Below are positions 34,101 through 38,595 of a DNA stretch of 38,595 bases, piece after piece (position 1 is the first letter of the stretch; the number at the start of each line of letters is the position of its first letter). Origin of the DNA: Hydrurus foetidus (taxonomy: Eukaryota); assembly GCA_900617105.1 (NCBI GenBank), contig UYFQ01000241.1, positions 1 through 38,595 on the forward strand. Reading direction: 5' to 3'. A program made the position numbers and the translations under genes. Below the pieces are notes generated by a model. It ran no database searches. It was not told the origin of the DNA and saw only the letters and a list, made by a program, of their open reading frames with translations.

Positions 34101-37049
34101 CATCCCAAGAGACGGGAACTTTCTCTCTTCCCCTGTCTCCTTCTGTGTAGCACGCTGTCTTCTATTTCGGGACCTCTTGGGACTTCTACGTGATATTATA
34201 TTAGCCCTTGCTGGGCTTAAAAAGGAGTCGCAACCGTTCTCATTATTGTCGTTTTCCTCTCCAGAGTCTGCGGAGTTAAAATCATCGTCACTGCTAGAGT
34301 CAGAGTCGTTGTCTGATAAATGCTCCATCACTACTCCCATCAGATTCACGAATGAAAGGTCCGCGTTCCGAAGTGAATCGATGTGCTCCTTATAGGGAAT
34401 GGAATGTAACAAAATGAAATTAAGTGGGATGGCATTAGTGGGCAGTAATTACAGCTTATCACGTATGATTGGTAAATCATATTATAGTGATGTATCGTAT
34501 ATTAGTAATAAATTACATATCAAAAAAAATATAATGTGATATATTATATAAATATAAATCTTGTATTAATGATGCAATCTATACAAGTTGCATATCAAAA
34601 GTACGTCATATAATGCCTTTTATGAAGGTGAACATCATATTGGAGAGCGGACATTAGAATATTGAGTTCCACATGAAGTAAAATATACAAAAAGTGGGAA
34701 CATGACAGGGCTGTATCAGAAAACGTAAGTACAAACTAACAAAAAAATGAAGATTAAGACACTAACGAAAATATGCAAGAACACTCTGACCTTTGATTGT
34801 GAGCATTCAGTACGCAGCAGAGAGAATTCATCAGCACACCCAACAAGAAGGGTATCGGCAGATAAGGCCCTTGCTCTGTTTCTTCTCTGTAGTGATGCAG
34901 CAATCGAGTCCGCCTCTTCTGAATCAATTGGATTGGATCCTGGACCTGTACCTGGAATTAATCCCGACCCTGACCCCGCCCCCGTCCCAACCCCCAATCC
35001 ATGTGCACGGCAATTATTATCTGCCGCTGTTACTGCTGTACGATCTCTCTCCACTCCATCAACTGTACACTTACTATCTTCTTCGCTGTTTCTAGTAGTA
35101 CAATTGACTGAGGACAAGGCTGCTATGCACTTAGAGTCAGACACACGGGGAAATACAAACTGCCATTTCAATCCTAAAAAGTAAGCCCTCTTCCCTCGAC
35201 AACACCGCACTATTTCTTTTTTCCACGCAGATATACGGAGCCTCTCAGCAGTCTCTCCCTTTTCTCCTACAACCATGTCTACATCTTTTTTAATCACCGC
35301 TGCAGCCTCCATGACATCCACGTCTGTCGTGGTCGTGTCTGTGTCGCGCTCATAGCTAATTGTATCGCCTGATATACACCGCATGATCAGACGTGCAGCC
35401 TCTCTTGCGTTTGAAAATCTCTTTAACACAATAGGTGTAATTGCTGATACTGGTCCAACAGGTGACGTGGTAGGGGAGTGACTATCTGCCATTTGTCCCT
35501 CCTTATTTTGTCCATTCCGTTTCTCACCAGCGATCAGATACCCAATACATTCGACAGGCACTCTTTTATACGCCTCTGCCAATAGAGATGCCTTAGTGGA
35601 GGTGCTGACAGTTTTAACTGCTTGAGATTCACCTTGTGCCCTTACCAATGACTGCATCTCATGTTCAAGTTGATGTTTCCGCGCCAGACGCTGCTTGTTA
35701 CTCTCGCTCTTTGTTCTACAGTCAAACTTAAAATCATGCGCTGCAGTGGTGGCTTCTTCTTCGTCTAGATCCTCTTCATCTCCGTCATCATGCACACAAT
35801 GCAACAAAGCCAGTCCTTCATTTCTCTTCCCGGCCAAATACGCCACTAAAACGCCGTCACTTTTACCATATCCCGAGAAATATCTCCGGCATCTACTGCC
35901 AACTAATTTATGAGCACGAGGAGAATTCGGTGCCTGGGATGCATGCAACACAGGATAGGAATATAAAAATGCCCATCCCTTTGATTTCATTTTGCATAAA
36001 GTGGAAGAATTGGAAGTGTCGAAAAACTTTCGTACTGCAGAATATGTCATCATATTCTTATTCGTGCCAGATGAACCATTTTCTGGATCACTTAAATCAA
36101 CAAAGTTAACTGCCATTGAAACTTGATCTGGCGACTGAATTGCTCTAAGATTTTCAGCGCTTTTCATTGGGTCAGATATACAGTTGGGAGTGGCCTCATC
36201 GCTATGTTCAGAATGTTGAGAAGTAACAGTTTCCTTTACAGTCCTAGAAGTGTCCACAACAAGATTCACAGATTCACCATCATGTGTAATCCCACCATCA
36301 ATCGCATTAGAAGTTACTCCATGCCCTGTCGTTGTTGCATCAGAATTCAGATTGTCTGGATTAGATACTGTTACAGTGTCAGCTTTGCTGGAACTCAATA
36401 TTCCTAGTCCATCACATGATTCCGTGCAAGAGACAATCGTATGAATTTGCTGTGACACTGATCCCGGTAATGATCTTAGAAGTTTTTTGTGCATCATTTC
36501 ATTACTCAATTTAAACTGCAGCTTTTTGTTATCGATATTGCTATCAGGACGCTTATAGATTTTACAGACTGCGTTGTCAGTATTCTCTCTGCACTGATCG
36601 CAGACGTACAGAAGCGACCCCGGATGCTGAAGACTGAATCCACACTTCCTCAAATCTGAGAATACAGCTCCCACAGGTGGGTTCTGGGCAGCAAAATCTC
36701 TCAGCGTGAGGTTGTTGTCATCAGAGATACTGCTAGCACAAAGATTGCAGTACGATGTTGGACAGTGAGCACAGTATTGACCTTCCGCCGAGATTGTTTC
36801 AGTCTCATGATGACAGCGAGCGCAATAGTGCCACGGGCATCTCCAGGCACCTTCTGGTACGATATCAAGATCTGATATGCATTCGAGATGGAAAACTCGA
36901 GGACAGTCATCACATTCGATGAGCTCACCGCCACAACCGCACTGAAAGCAGATGTCGTCATTCCGGAGTTTTCTACTTGTTTTGCTGGGCTTAAATGCCA
37001 CGAAACTGCCTGCGACGTGAACTGCGTCGGTTATGCCAGTTACATCCAT
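31170..37049 (-). CDS. Large chromatin protein: PHD + C5HCH-like finger, Tudor-like, NUMOD1-like HTH, ELM2, SANT-like. Exons 37049-34791, 34388-32985, 32689-32597, 32009-31170 (3' end may extend toward 30809)
   Basis: CFQCGCGGELIECDDCPRVFHLEC...WRCPWHYC; HCVHDDGDEEDL; FSNAREAARLI...IVRCCRGKRAYFLGLKWQF; SLGMDFQADVP...RVWSP; QWSESDIAAF. Three phase-0 GT-AG introns join the ORFs. Confidence 0.85.
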
Positions 37050-37486
37050 TACTACGCTAACCCTTCAGATGCTTCGCAGAGTTCATGCTCGCGATCATTT
37101 AGCGGCTCCTTTCAGAATCGACTGGATTACAAGTGATCACATCTAATGCTCAGTTGCAGCCAGCTTCGTTGAAGCCAGCAGTCTTTCTTCATTGTAGAAT
37201 ATGATGATGTCAAGAATCACGCCATGATGAACATCATTCAAATTACAGTTCATAAGATGCCGGCGCGGCGGCGCGGCTCCGGCTCCGGCTTTGCATGCCC
37301 ATTTTTGTCATTTTCTTGGTGATGGCGATATGTTTTTCAAAAAGTTATTTCTCTGGCTGAAAATCATCATTCAATTACAACATCTGGATATTAAACCCTG
37401 TTATGATCAACTCTACAAGTCCCAGTAAGGACACAGTACAAAAATGGTTTTAGAACTCACTTTAAATCTCTTTTTACGAAGATGAG

Positions 37487-37820
37487 AAATCTTCAAGAAG
37501 TCGGAGCGTGGCCGGCACACGCCGCAGGCTTCTGTGAAGTTGTGAGTGCGTACCTGCAACGTGAATTTCTGTAATGTGGTGAGCCATGAAACGACATTCA
37601 GGTCTAATTCGCGGATTTGGATATCCTACCGAATCATGATCAGCTTTCTAACTATCAGATGAGGCCCAAGACAAAGATGATTTTAGAATCTACAAGAAAC
37701 CTAGATAAGAATCTTCAAGAAGTCGGAATGCGGCCGCCACACACCGTAGGCTTTCGTGGAGTTGTGTGATTGTAAATACAGCGTGATTTACTGTGATGTG
37801 GTAAGCCAGAAAACGAGGTA
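37487..37820. repeat. Diverged direct repeat of about 110 bp, period about 222 bp
   Basis: aatcttcaagaagtcgga...tgtggt(g/a)agcca...aaacga occurs twice. Confidence 0.7.
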
Positions 37821-38160
37821 CGCAAAGCGCAATTTGCACACCCACCCTCCGGGGCCCCGGGACCCCTTCCAAGTCATTGTGCGGTATCTGTCTGGCCGGG
37901 GGGGCGGGCCGGCGGGCCATGTCGATCTTTCTTCTAGAACAAAATTTTGAAAAGGAAGGACGTCCTACGTACCACGAAAACCTAGTCCATTATTACACCG
38001 CGTAAGAGTTGCTCTCTGGATAATAAGACCTCAGCAGCCGGTTCTCTTAAGAAATGTGAGATGACCACAATGACTGGCATTTAATACGCCAACCAATTTT
38101 ATCAGATTAAAGTCTGGAGTCGATAGCAGTCACCGAGATGTCGTTATCAGATGTCTCCGT

Positions 38161-38413
38161 TGTAGCCTTATTGCATCCCTAGGGGGATACAATGTGTCTA
38201 GGTTAACTAGGCACAATAGGTACAATACGCCCAGATTCCAGTTTAAGGTTTTAGTTCCACATGATGTGAGTGCTCTTAGCGTACACATCACCTGAACTAT
38301 TCAACTGTAAACTGTAACCACAATCTTATCTCGCAACCAACTCTTTCCTCTTTCGTCTTTCGTCCTATGTCCTCGCGCTTTCGTCCCACAAAAACCTACG
38401 TCCTTCGTCCTAG
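38161..38413 (+). mobile_element. LTR of a related chromovirus subfamily, interrupted near its 3' end
   Basis: First ~100 bp closely match 7216-7311 (tgtagccttat...ggatacaatgtgtctagg...cccagattccagttt). No PPT upstream. Confidence 0.85.
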
Positions 38414-38595
38414 TGTAGCCTTATTGCATTCCTAAGGGGATACAATGTGTCTAGGTTAACTAGGTACGATAGGTATATTACGCTCAGATTCCACTTTTAG
38501 GTCTTAGTTCCACATATGACGTGAATGCACTTTAGCGTACACATCACTTGTAGTACTCAACTGTAAGATATTAACACAAGTTTATTCCACCTAAC
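38414..38595 (+). mobile_element. Start of another related LTR, truncated by the window end
   Basis: tgtagccttattgcattcctaaggggatacaatgtgtctagg; diverged from both other LTR types. Confidence 0.85.

Noticed and set aside
32953..37136. Plus-strand ORFs overlapping the chromatin gene
   Set aside because: Antisense shadows of long minus-strand exons.
37250..38050. Possible MITE around the 222-bp duplication
   Set aside because: No convincing TIR pair or TSD could be identified.

Overview
Eukaryotic nuclear DNA with GT-AG introns and a ciliary TMEM138-like gene; most likely a flagellated protist, with stramenopile/chrysophyte-like being only an inference. About half the window is nested transposons. 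(1) An 804-bp TIR element (3540-4343). (2) A degenerate PIF/Harbinger element (6253-14431) whose transposase 3' end is interrupted by a young 5.7-kb Ty3/gypsy chromovirus (7216-12933). (3) A 6.9-kb CCCC-ended TIR element (22985-29856) carrying hairpin-dense non-coding cargo, a tRNA-like unit, an orphan ORF and a nested hAT derivative (27240-29679) filled with two mutually inverted 172/175-bp tandem arrays. (4) Two more related LTRs at the right edge. Host genes: a low-complexity protein, a Jupiter/SPIRAL1-like PGG-motif protein, a small mitochondrial membrane protein, TMEM138, an Ala/Gly repeat protein, a phosphatase pseudogene, and a large PHD-Tudor-like-NUMOD1-like-ELM2-SANT chromatin protein. 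The best leads are a candidate spliceosomal intron acting as a Gag versus Gag-Pol switch, the inverted satellite pair inside the hAT element, the structured-RNA cargo, and a homing-endonuclease-type DNA-binding module in a chromatin reader. All calls were made by eye; no searches were run.
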